DNA of 64,000 nt, taken from NCBI RefSeq assembly GCF_009914755.1, contig NC_060935.1. One strand, 5' to 3'. Below are positions 12,821 to 28,034 of this stretch, piece after piece; within the stretch, counting starts at the first letter, position 1, and each line of letters starts with the position of its first letter. The position numbers and the translations under genes are program-made. The notes beneath the pieces were generated by a model that ran no database searches, was not told the DNA's origin, and was given only the letters and a program-made list of their open reading frames with translations. This DNA is from the human T2T-CHM13v2.0 reference genome, Homo sapiens.

Positions 12821-13960
12821 CAAGATGGCCGAATGGGAACAGCTCTGGTCCGCAGCTCCCAGCGAGATTGACACAGAAGACGGGTGATTTCTGCATTTCC
12901 AACTGAGGTACCTGGTTTATCTCATTGGGACTGGTTGGACAGTGGGTGAAACTCACAGAGGCCAAGCCATAGCAGGGCAGGGTGTAGCCTCACCCAGGAA
13001 GTGCAAGGGGTCAGGGTATTTCCTGTTCCTAGACAAGGGAAGCCATGACAAAATATACGTGGAGGAATGGTACACCTCTGCCCAAATACTGCCAAATACT
13101 GCACTTTTCCCACAGTCTTAGCAACTGGCTAAGTGCTGTGGTTTTCAGCTCCATCAGTTCATTTAACAACCTCTCTACACTGTTTATTCTAGTTAGCCAT
13201 TCGTCTAACCTTTTTTCAAGGTTTTCAAGGTTTTCAAGGTTTTTTGCCACGTGCCTGGCTCAGTGAGTCCCATGCCCACAGAGCCTTGCTCACTGCTAGC
13301 GCAGCAGTCTGAGACTGACCTGTGAGGCTGCAGCCTGGTGCAGGGAGGGGTGTCCTCCACTGCTGAGGCTTGAGTAGGTAAACAAAGTGGCCAGGAAGCT
13401 CGAACTGGGTGGAGCCCACTACAGCTCAGCAAGGCCTACTGCCTGTATAGACTCTACCTCTGAGGGCAGGGCATCACTGAACAAAAGCAGCAGACAACTT
13501 CTGCAGACTTAAATGTTGCTGTCTGACAGCTCTGAAGAGAACAGTGGTTCTCCCAGCATGGTGTTCAAGCTCTGAGAATGGACAGACTGCCTCCTCAAGT
13601 AGGTCCCTGACCCCTGTGTGGCCTGACTGGGAGACACCTCCCAGTAGGGGGCGATAGACACCTCATACAGTCGGGTGCCCCTCTGGGACGAAGCTTCTAG
13701 AGGAAGGGTCAGGCAGCAATATTTGCTATTCTGTAATATTTGCTGTTCTGCAGCCTCCGCTGGTGATACCCAGGCAAACAGGGTCTGGAGTGGACCTCCA
13801 GCAAACTCCAACAGAACTGCAGCTGAGGGGCCTGACTGTTAGAAGGAAAACTAACAAACAGAAAGGAATAGCATCAACGGCAACCAAAAAGGACATCCAC
13901 ACCAAACCCCCATCTGTAGGTCACCAAAATCAAAGACCAAAGGTAGATAAAACCACAAAG
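12821..13960 (+). promoter_or_regulatory. L1 5'UTR internal promoter region; YY1 site CAAGATGGCC intact; retains the ~129-bp segment (~13677-13806) deleted in young L1s (ZNF93-binding region)
   Basis: YY1 motif at 12821-12830; the 'ctctgggacgaagcttctagagg...ggacctccagcaaac' segment is present. The ZNF93 role is established knowledge, not shown here. Confidence 0.75.
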
Positions 13961-14986
13961 ATGGGGAGAAACCAGAGCAGAAAAGCTGAAAATTCCAAAA
14001 AACCAGAATGCCTCTTCTCCTCCAAAAGATCGCAGTTCCTCGCTGGCAATGGAACAAAACTGGACAGAGAATGAGTTTGACGAGTTGACAAAAGTAGGCT
14101 TCAGAAGATCAGTAATAACAAACGTCTCCGAGCTAAAGGAGCATGTTCTAACCCATTGCAAGGAAGCAAAAAACCTTGAAAAAAGGTTAGACGAATGGCT
14201 AACTAGAATAAACAGTGTAGAGAGGTTGTTAAATGAACTGATGGAGCGGAAAACCATAGCACGAGAACTACATGATGCATGTACAAGCTTCAGTAGCCAA
14301 TTCGATCAAGTGGAAGAAAGGATATCAGCAACTGAAGATCAAATTAATGAAATAAAGCAAGAAGACGAGATTAGAGAAAAAAAGGGTGAAAAGAAATGAA
14401 CAAAGCCTCTAAAAAATATGGGACTATGAAAAGACCAAATCTACATTTGATTGGTGTACCTAAAAGTGGCAGGGAGAATGGAACCAAGTTAGAAAACACT
14501 ATTCAGGATATTATCCAGGAGAACTTCCCCAACCTAACAAAGCAGGCCAACATTCAAATTCAGGAAATACATAGAACACCACAAAGATACTCCTCGAGAA
14601 GAGCAACCCCAAGACACATAATCATCAGATTCACCAAGGTTGAAATGAAGGAAAAAATGTTAAGGGTAGCCAGAGAGAAAGGTCTGGTTACCCACAAAGG
14701 GAAGCCCATCAGACTAACAGCTGATTTCTCAGCAGAAACCCTACAAGCCAGAAGAGAGTGGGGGTCAATATTCAACATTCTTAAAGAAAAGAATTTTCAA
14801 CCCAGAATTTCATATTCAGCCAAACTAAGCTTCATAAGTGAAGGAGAAATAAAATCCTTTACAGACAAGCAAATGCTGAGAGATTTTATCACCACCAGGC
14901 CTGCCTTACAAGAGCTCCTGAAGGAAGCACTAAACATGGAAAGGAACAACCAGTACTAGCCACTGTAAAAACATACCAAATTGTAA
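13961..14986 (+). pseudogene. L1 ORF1p (coiled coil/RRM/CTD), frameshifted and with premature stops
   Basis: ATG at 13961 (MGRNQSRKAENSK); fragments 14049-14399 and 14396-14959 contain KRPNL...QARREW...RPALQELLKEAL. Confidence 0.95.
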
Positions 14987-15049
14987 AGACCATTGATGCT
15001 ATGAAGAAACTGCATCAACTAACTGGCAAAATAACCAGCTAACATCATA

Positions 15050-18839
<3,790 letters not shown>

Positions 18840-19032
18840 ACAATGAGAACACATGGACACAGGGTGGGGAACATCACACACTGGGGCCTATCAGGGGGTG
18901 GGGGGCTGGGGGAGGGATAGCATTAGGAGAAATATCTAATGTAAATGAGTTGATGGGTACAGCAAACCAACATGTCACATGTATACCTATGTAACAAACC
19001 TGCTTGTTGTGCACATGTACCCTATAACTTAA

Positions 19033-19033
<1 letters not shown>

Positions 19034-19066
<33 letters not shown>

Positions 19067-19083
19067 GATATATAGATATATAT
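19034..19083. repeat. (TG)n(TA)n compound microsatellite occupying the L1 tail position
   Basis: Seen directly between 'cttaaag' and the 3' TSD. Confidence 0.95.
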
Positions 19084-19692
19084 GAGTTGTTTCCTCAGTC
19101 ATAGCAAAAATACACTTTTACATATCAGTAAAAATTTCAGTGTATTCTTGTGTGCTCTCTCTTCCAACATGAATATGGGTAGACAAGGCATTTGTTTTAG
19201 AATAGTGTCTTATCTTATAAGTACTATATATGTGTTAGCTTAATAAAATATTGAGATAGTGAGTTATGGTTTAAGAAAAGACAATGGTAGTTGCAGTGTG
19301 TCAGGAAATGGAAGAAGAGTAAGAATATATAACCCTCTTTCCAATTCAGTTCCTTAGGCTCAGTGGTCTAAATATTAGTTGCTCCTATCAGCTAACATTT
19401 CCATTTGGAAGTGACTATACTGAAATGATTCTAATAAGTTTGGCTTTGAAATATTCATGACAAATATAACAAAAATGGCACAATGATATGATCCTATTGG
19501 GATATCGATTATTAGAAATATGGCAATTGTACTAAATAACTATATTTTATAAACCCTTGAGGGCCAGCTACTTGGGAGACCATTTAATAAGTAAAAGTAG
19601 AAGCAATATATGGATTCTCTCTCAGTGTCATCTGTATTTCCTTCAGGTTTTCAATCATATATATGAAAATAAACCCAATCTACAGCCCTAAC

Positions 19693-19873
19693 CTAAACTG
19701 TCCAACACAGTAGACGTCAGCCACACATGGCTATGTAAATTAAAAAAAAATTTAGTTCTTAATTGCACTTGCCACATTTCACATGTCAACAGTCACATGT
19801 GGTGGCTACCATATTGGGCAGCACAGGTATTAGAACATTCCAACATTGCAGAAAAATCTATTGGATAGTGAGA
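19693..19873 (-). mobile_element. MER3 (hAT-Charlie) non-autonomous DNA transposon
   Basis: 'gccacatttcacatgtcaacagtcacatgtggtggctaccatattgggcagcacag...aacattccaacattgcagaaa...tattggatag'. Confidence 0.75.
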
Positions 19874-20474
19874 CTGTACCTACAGTTAGGAACTCTATTA
19901 GGGCTCAGTTTGGGATTAATTATATCTAAACTTCTTCTAACAAGGGCACATAAATGCTAAACCAAAGAAGATAGGAAACAGAGGCAGTAATTATTTTCTC
20001 TATTGCCACATTTAAAAGAGATAAATTCTGCCATGAGGTGTTATTGTTCTCCATTATCATTAGTTTGGTGGGGTGAGATGAGAAGCTCATCCCAAATGCC
20101 TTTTGAATATGTAAGACCCTTAGAGTAGGACGGATTCCAAGAGATCCACCCAGAGTCATCTTATCTGAAGTTTATATAACTTTAAAAAGGGGTATTGAGA
20201 GTGAGTTACAAAGATTTTGCAGGATTCATGACTCATTTATGTGTAGCATCTACTTGGGTAACCTTCATTTTGCAGGAGTTAAACACTCAGCAGGAATGTG
20301 CTTGTTAGAGACAATAACCACTGCTGCATCTTCAGGCAATGTGGAAACAGTTAACCTTATCTGCGGATAACAGAACTGGCAGTCGCTTCTTTTGCCATGT
20401 CCACCACAGATGGTTCTCAGGAGCTGGTTATTTGGTACTGATGATGCAGTTTGTGAGAGGAAGGCAACAGTTAT

Positions 20475-20615
20475 CTAATGAACACCTCAAATGTCACAAC
20501 AACATTTAAGACACAATAAGAAAAGTAAGTAATCTTTTTCCTATTTTACAGGTGGGAAACTGAGGCTCACAGATTTTCAGTAACACGGCCAGGCTCTCAT
20601 AAGTAGAAAGTGATT
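20475..20615 (-). mobile_element. MIR fragment
   Basis: 'cctattttacaggtgggaaactgaggctcacag'. Confidence 0.7.
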
Positions 20616-20642
20616 GCAAAATTTGGGGAAAAAAAAAAAAGA

Positions 20643-20921
20643 GGCAGGGGTATGTTGCAGTGCCTCATGCCTGTAATCCCAGTGCTTTGAGAGGCTGAGG
20701 CAGGAGGATTCTTTGAGGCCAAGGGTTTAAGACTAGCCCGGGCAACATAGTGAGACCCCCCTGTCTACAAAAAATTTAAAAACTAGCCAGGCATAATGAT
20801 GCATGCCTGTATTCCCAGACACAAACTGAGGCAGGAGGATTGCTTGAACCCAGGAGGTCAAGGCTGCAGTGAGCTATAATTGCACCACTGCACTCCAGCC
20901 TGGATGACAGAGCTAGATTCA

Positions 20922-20973
<52 letters not shown>

Positions 20974-21003
20974 AAAAAAGAAAAGAAAAAAAAAGGAAAA
21001 AAG
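20643..21003 (+). mobile_element. AluJ with (CA)n microsatellite (~20924-20972) at the start of the tail
   Basis: AluJ diagnostics 'gaggattgcttga' and 'aggctgcagtgagctata'; long CA run. Confidence 0.92.
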
Positions 21004-21404
21004 GGAGGAGTAGGGGAGGCTTTTTTTTTCCCTCCATATCACACTATCTCCCAGAGGGAGAGAAGGGGCAGATCCTGATCCTGGGGAATTTTTCCTTAAG
21101 GATTCAGACCTCCTCGTTCTGCCATCAGTTACGCTATTTTGGAGCATCCTGTGTCAATAGAGTGAGGATAAGCACCTTTCGAAAGCTGAAGAGATAATAC
21201 ACATAAAAATGTTTTTCTGCACCATCCTATCCCCTGTCAACACTTGGCTCTAAACGGCAGAGGGTGCCAAACTGAAGCAGCTGTGTCAGTGTTGTTTGGC
21301 TTGTTCACAGACACCTGTGTAAAAAAAAACCAACTTGGAGAAACATTACTTCTCATTCCATCTGCCTTTCCTAACCTACCTTTGTTGTATTCATTATTTT
21401 ATGA

Positions 21405-21515
21405 TTTTTTAAATGTTTAATTGACAAAGAATAATTGTATATGTTTATGGGGTGCAACGTGATGTTTCAATACACGAAAAGATAAAATCAGGCTAATTAG
21501 CATATTCATCACCTT
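21405..21515 (-). mobile_element. L1MA-type 3' end fragment
   Basis: 'aattgacaaagaataattgtatatgtttatggggtgcaacgtgatgttt...aatcaggctaattagcatattcatcacct'. Confidence 0.7.
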
Positions 21516-22832
21516 TTCTTCTCTAAATTACAAATGAGTGTCCAAGGTCAATGCTCAGAGGCTTTCTGCTCTTCCTCGGAGGGCAAGCATCACATCTGTG
21601 GCTGAGTTAGAGAAACGGCTAACTAGGGTGGCACAAAATCACAGAGATACAAGAAACAGAGGTGAACACAGTGACCTCATTTATGATGCTCACAAGCTTC
21701 ACAAATGCTCACATAGAGCAACCACTATAGACATCACAGGAACAGAGGCTGCCAACTCTTTGAAGCTTATTTTTTTAATCTCCTGTGGCAAGGATAATTT
21801 GTCAAGCCTAACAGCAAGCACCAGCTCCTTTGTGTACTGTTCTATGCCTTTGTAACACACATTCTACCTCCAGATACTGAAGTCATTTTTATTTGAACCA
21901 GAATAAGACACCAAACAGTTAGGCACAAGGCTGTCATAAATGTCAAAATTCGATAAAGATTCTTAGAAATTTTTTTATAAGCTTAATTTTTGTCTCCTAG
22001 AGTCTGAGCCCAGAACTCTAGATATATATTTCATAAAACATGATTTTCCTTTCTGATTTGCTTTTGAAAGTTTGCTTTTAATGAACTCCTGTACAATTGC
22101 ACGGTTCAGTATTACCCATGCGGCATGTGTTTGAAAAATTTCTGCTGAGCTGTAGCATGAGAAGATGTCGTATTATTCAGCAGCCAGTTGTTGTAACTCA
22201 GGCAGCTTTGTATAGTGAAAAATAGGAAGAGAAGTAATGAAATGCATAAGTAAAACAATAAATTATAATCTGTGCAAAAGCTAATTTGCTAATTTGCTAT
22301 ACAGTAAACATAATATGTCTGGATCCTATTGAAGCATATTATGCAGTGTCTTGTGAAATCTTATTTGCAAAATTAATTTAAATGGTCTTGGAACAGAGAT
22401 GAAGGACTGTAAACAAGGGTAGCAATAAATGGCAAAACTGTAAGCAGCAGCATTCAGCCAGTTGAGAGGGAAGACTCTCAGTCCTGGCAGAGTGGAGAAG
22501 GTAGTGGGTGGGGAAATAGGTGGGAAGGGAGGGTTTGAGAGTTAACTGGAGGTCACCAAGAAGCCAACAGTGAGGTAGATTCTCAGCATTTCATTCTTTC
22601 CTATTCCCAAACACAACTGCCATCACTTTTTTGTTTCTTTTTAGAACAGGGAGAATGAAAACCCTTTCTCTCTTTGCCTTTCTCAAGCATACTCTATATA
22701 GGCTTCCTCTGGCTGTCCTTCAGTCACTGGATCTCAGCCTTACCCAGAACCCAGTGTAGGGGTTTGGTACACAATTCCTTTGGTAATCACACAGCCCTGC
22801 TAAGGATTTTTTTTTTTTCTTAGGATTGGGAT

Positions 22833-23268
22833 TGTGATGGTTGTGATGGTTAATACTGAGTATCAACTGGATTGGATTGAGGGATACAAAGTATTAATCC
22901 TGGGTGTGTCTCTGTGGGTGTTGCCAAAAGAGATTAACATTTGAGTCAGTGAGCTGGGGAAGGCAGATCCACGCTTAATCTGATGGGCACAATCCAATCA
23001 GCTTCCAGCTAATATGAAGCAGGCAGAAAAATGTGAAAAGGAGAGATGGGCCTAGCCTCCCAACCTGCATCTTTCTCCCATGCTGGATGCTTCCTGCCCT
23101 CGAACATTGGACTCCAAGTTCTTCAGTTTGGGGACACAGATTGGCTCTCCTTGCTGCTCAGCTTGCAGACAGCCTATTGTGGGACCTTGTGGTCGTGTAA
23201 GTTAATACTTAATAAACTCATATATATCTATCCTATTAGTTCTGTCCCTCTAAGAGAACCCTAATATA
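22833..23268 (+). mobile_element. MLT2A (HERV-L) solo LTR with a 9-bp duplication of its 5' terminus (TGTGATGGT x2)
   Basis: 'tgtgatggttaatactgagtatcaactggattgg'...AATAAA...'ctgtccctctaagagaaccctaatata'. Confidence 0.88.
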
Positions 23269-24829
23269 GGTGTTAACTGGGACACTGGTTTTGTGCTTTG
23301 GTTTGACAAATATTTATGAGTATTTATAAATTTATACAAAACTTTTATTAAAAAATGTATACAAAACTGTATATGTGTTAGGCACTGTCTAGAGTCTAGG
23401 TTTACAACTGTCAACACAACACTGTCCCTATTCCCCAGTGTAGGGGGAATACAGGTGTTTACAATATACTCTAGGTTCCCTAGCCAAAGACAATCACTCT
23501 GTCCAGTCAGTCATCTTGCAAATTCATGCTTTCAGAATGAAAGGTGAAACACAGAGTTTCAAGAGTCTTTTATTGTGTGTGTGATTATGCCTCTGAGGGC
23601 AACAGGTAACCCAAGGGTGATACCTGGGGCCACTGCCATCCCGAGTTAGGCAAACCCAACATCACAGAATTAAGTAGATAGAGTCTCTCTATTTGATAAG
23701 TGGAGACTTAGAAAACTGAGACATCTTCAAGCCATGAAAATTAATAAAAATATTTATTTTGTATCCCAAGAGGTCTAGACCCCAAATGTCCTCTATCTGT
23801 CCTGAAATGGTGGTCACACATGTGACCATCTTCCTCTACCGGATCTGCTAAAGGGTGGCTGTGGTGCATTCTAGAGCTCCAGGAAGGGGGACACACCAGA
23901 AATTCCAGACATCTAAGCAGCATGCAAATTGAGAGCACACTGGCATTAACAATTATCAAGCTTCATTACAGAACTCTTGTTTTAAGCTCACTCTACTCCA
24001 GTCATTTTGTAGCCAGAGCAGGGCCTCATGCCTTGTAAAAACATAACCCAAGAGACACAATCACCTCAGGCAATATTTTGAATTAAATTACTGGAGATCA
24101 CACAGCTCTAATTTACCATAAACCATATGCCCTCTGTGCAGGAATTTTATGTGGTAAGGATTACGCCTATCATTTACAAAGACAGTTTATGGATTTTTTT
24201 AACCTAATTGACATATAGTTCAGCCACGCTGTAATCTACATTTTAAGTTTTTGTAGTCAAAGCTAGTGAACAGCTAAAATAGCCAAGGTCCATTCACGAG
24301 CAATTGTTAAATAAATAAATCCATCACTTTCTCAGCAAATGCTTAAATGAGCACAAGCTAAGTAGTGTATACACATGCTTTTAGCATCAGGTAGAGATCC
24401 CTTGAAAGATCTATCTAAGCAGTAGGACTGCATTTTCTTTTTTTCGTGGTGTCTTGGAAGGTAGAAGGCTTTCATTAAGGGTTCATGTAACAAGTTTATT
24501 CTCCAGTCTTCATCAGAGAACTTCTCAGCAGCTACTAATGCTTCAGCACTTATGACTAGGTTCTCCTGAATGGAGAAGGTTGAGGTGGGCACAGGCGGAA
24601 GCAGAATCTTCATCATTGTCCCCCTTACTTTGGTATCATCTCCTAAATAACCTTTACCTGGGATGACAGCCCCAGAGAAAGCCGCACAAGCTGGACAACA
24701 GGCCACTGGATGGCTAATGTGGTGGGCTGCTCTGCTCCTGGACTAGGGAAATGGGCAAGGAGGCGAGCTTGAAATTCTTCCATTCCTCACCTAATCTCTG
24801 AGGGAATGCTTCAGGTCGATGTATAAGAA

Positions 24830-25625
24830 TTGTGGAGATAAGGGAAACTTTGTACATGGTTGGTGGGAATGTAAATTCATACAGCCACCATGGAAAACAC
24901 TATGGCAGTGACTCAAAAATTAAAAACAGAACTACTATATGATCTAGCAACCCTGCTTCTGGGTGTTTATACAAAATACTTTAAATTGATATGTCAAACA
25001 ATATCTGTGCTCCCATGTTCATTGCAGCACTATTCATAATATCCAAGTTGGAATATTGAAACTTGGAACATTGGAACAATATATGGAACCAACCTAAGTG
25101 TCTGTCAACAGATAGAGAAAATGTGGTATATACACACAAGGAAATACTATTCAGCTTTAAAAGTGAAGGAAAATCTGTCATTCGTGACAACATAAATGGA
25201 ATTGGAGAACATTATGCTGACTAAAATAAGCCAAGGCATAGAAAGACAAATACACTTTCTCATATATGGAATGTAAAACAATCAAACTCAAAGAAGCAGA
25301 GAGTAGAATGGTGGTTATAGAAGCTGAGGGGATGAGGGCAATGGGGAGGTGATGGTCAGAAGGTAAAAAGCCTCAGAAAGGAGAAATAAGTTTTTTTCTT
25401 TGTGACATATTACACAGTATGGTGAATGTAGTAAATAATATACATTTCAAAATTGCTAAGAAAAAATTGCAAGTGTTCTCACCACAGGAAATACTTGAGG
25501 TGATAGATATGTTAATTAGCTTGATTTAATTATTTTACATTCTATTCATAAATTGTAACCTCACTTTGTATCCCATAAATATATACAACTATAATTTGTC
25601 AATTTACAACTAAGAATGAAAATTT
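24830..25625 (+). mobile_element. L1MA-type ORF2 end plus 3'UTR (5'-truncated)
   Basis: 'tggttggtgggaatgtaaatt', 'atgttcattgcagcactattca' and 'atttcaaaattgctaag'. Confidence 0.85.
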
Positions 25626-25654
25626 TTAAAATAATTAAAAACTCCTGTTACTTT

Positions 25655-25955
25655 TTACAAAGTTTCAGTTACACAAGATGAGTAAGTTCTAGAGAGCTAA
25701 TGCACAGCATGGTGACTATGGTTAACACTGTATTTTATAACTGAAATATGCTAAGAGGGTAGAGCTTAAGAGTTCTGATCCTCCACCTCCCCACACAGAG
25801 AGAAAGAAAAGATGATAACTATGTGAGTTGATTGATACTGTAATTAGCTTGACTGTGGTTTTAATTTCACAATGTATACATATACAAAACATCGAGTTGT
25901 ATACCTTAAATACAATTTCTATTTGTCAATTATACCTCAATAAAACTGAAAAAAT
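25655..25955 (+). mobile_element. L1MA9/L1MB-type 3' end
   Basis: 'taagttctagagagctaatgcacagcatggtgact'...'tcaattatacctcaataaaactgaaaaa'. Confidence 0.8.
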
Positions 25956-26069
25956 ATTACTCTTGTTCATGCAGTAAGTAAAAAGACTCAGTGACACATC
26001 ACTTTCATATCCATGTTCTCCATCTCTAAATTTGTTGTTGTCATTATAAAATAGAAGACTAAAAGAAGG

Positions 26070-26361
26070 GGCCAGGCACAGTGGCTCACACCTGTAATCC
26101 CAGCACTTTGGGAGGCTCAGGCAGGTGGATCACTTAAGGTCAGGGGTTCGTGACCAGCCTGGCCAGCATGGCGAAACCCCACCTCTACTACAAATACAAA
26201 AATTAGCCAGGCCTGTGCCTATAGTCCTGCTACTCAGGAAGTTGAGGCAGGAGAATCACTTGACCCTGGGAGGCGGAGTTTGCAGTTAGCCAAAATCATG
26301 CTACTGCACTCCAACCTGTGCAAAACAGAGTGAGACTCCACCTCAAAAAAAAAAAAAAAAA
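26070..26361 (+). mobile_element. AluSx-type
   Basis: Dimer with A tail; TAAAAGAAGGG flanks on both sides. Confidence 0.93.
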
Positions 26362-26627
26362 GAAGATGATTATTAAAAGAAGGGGAAATCAGAACGGAAT
26401 TTCCACCTGATTAAATACTATTTTTTCTGGTCAAAAACATTTCCTGCATAGGAAATACAGTTTCTCTATTATGTCAATCTTACCCAATCTATGATCAATC
26501 TTAGTGCTGGAAACCCCCTACACATGCGGAATAACTTCTAAAGACTTTTCACACAGAAAATACAATACTGAACTATTAATAGAAAGGAATTACAGTTTTA
26601 GCTGTAATATGTAAAAAACTTGGAAGT

Positions 26628-27594
26628 TGTATTAAAGAAAAAATTATTCAGTGATATTTGCTAAAGCATATTAAAGAAGACCTTATTTAAGACCATTGAG
26701 ATAGGCACGGGGCCACTGCAACAGGGTCTTGCAGTGGAGGAAAGAGATTGGACTCAACTGTGAACACAGCATGGGCAAAGCGGAAATTTATAGGCGGGGA
26801 GCAGGGTAGGGGCTAGTGGATGGAAATTACTAATAGGAAACATCTGTGATAAGGGGGACTCTGGCCAAATCAACTGAAAGTATCCTTACAGGGTTAACAA
26901 GAATTACACACCAGGGTCTGGACAGAAATATAGTTATAATTAAGCATTAATCAGGCTGCACTTTGGCTCACTTCCTTGTAACTGAATCATGTAGCACTAG
27001 ATACTGACCACTTACATCCCCATTGTTCCTACAGATAGGAATTCTGATGTTAGAGTCATAGGCTTTTGTTTAAGAATTGCTTAAGATGTTCTTTAGATCT
27101 GGAATTCCAATGGAATGACTGATGTCAACCAGTTTGAGGACCTCCACAGAGAAACTGAATCAGCATGACAATGTAGTTTTTTCATCTCTCAACCCATGAC
27201 TTCACCCTGCACTCTGCAAACTGTACCACTCTGCCACACTTTGGCCCACCTAAAATTCCTGTCCCAAATTTTTTTTAGGGTGGCAGTTTTGAGGTTTCCT
27301 ACTGTTTCTTCATTTGGCTGCCCTATGATTATTAAACTCTCTCTGCTGCAGTCCCCAGTGTCTCAGTATATTCACTTGCTGTGCATCAGGCAAATGAACC
27401 TATTATATGACCTAATAGGATTCTTGCTGAAGATATCCAGGATGATCAGATATTGGAGATAGGGGATTCTTGTTAAATTGACTTAGCAAGGATGGCTAAA
27501 ACTGGATTTTACCAGGAAGTGCACAGATGGGCAAAGGTTCAGATGGCCAAGTAAATTTGGCCATCTAGGATTAAAGAGTCATTGCTAGTTGTCA
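26628..27594 (-). mobile_element. MER67-like ERV1 LTR split by a nested LTR
   Basis: 'aaagaaaaaattattcagtgat...ggtcttgcagtggagg...gactctggccaaat' resumes as 'tgacctaataggattcttgctgaag' after 27407. Confidence 0.65.
26875..27407 (+). mobile_element. LTR26-like ERV1 solo LTR nested in the MER67-like LTR
   Basis: TGAAAG start; 'tctggacagaaatatagttataattaagcattaatcaggctgcac'; ATTAAA near 27330; flanks CAAC/TGAC. Confidence 0.7.
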
Positions 27595-27599
27595 ACTTA

Positions 27600-28030
27600 T
27601 CCTTACTACAAGAAAAAGCTGGACAAATTAAAAACAAATGACTTACCTTGGACACATCAGAGAACTGAATTTGCAGAGAAGACGGCCACCCTGAAATCTG
27701 TTGAGACAGGCATATCCAGAACATCACAGGAGAGGTCTGCTTACCTGGGGTAGAAGCGGCTAGAGGTGAAAACAGGTAGATGCACTTTAAATGGTAATTT
27801 TGGTAAATTGCTAAAGGCTGAGCGTGGATTACCTTGAGAGTAAGAAACACTTGGACGCTTCAGTCTCACATTTATAGGCTTGCCCTTCAGGAAACCCACC
27901 AGGTTCTCCTAATAATGATTTGAGAAAATTCCCCTGCAGACCCGGCAAGGGGAGGGGAAGAGTAACCCTTGTGAAACAAGCCCAGAGTGTTCTTATAACG
28001 AAGCCCTACTCTCCCGGAGAAAGGACTTCA
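27600..28030 (+). mobile_element. Old L1M 5'-end fragment
   Basis: 'gaaaaagctggacaaattaaaaacaaatgactt...gacacatcagagaactga' resembles L1M4/L1MC 5' regions. Confidence 0.5.
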
Positions 28031-28034
28031 GTCA

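Noticed and set aside
13082-13102. 10-bp tandem duplication CCAAATACTG
   Set aside because: Real but trivial slippage; notable only for lying ~30 bp from the inverted insertion.
13718-13751. 17-bp near-tandem AATATTTGCT(A/G)TTCTG in the L1 5'UTR
   Set aside because: I recall this doublet being part of older L1PA 5'UTR consensus sequences, so it is probably not locus-specific.
20225-20460. AP-1, TEAD and GATA motif cluster
   Set aside because: Short motifs occur at chance frequency, and there is no independent support from sequence alone.
24332-24706. Faint resemblance of the 124-aa ORF to cyclophilin (VIPG...EKFSDE)
   Set aside because: The spacing and conserved residues do not fit; judged coincidental.
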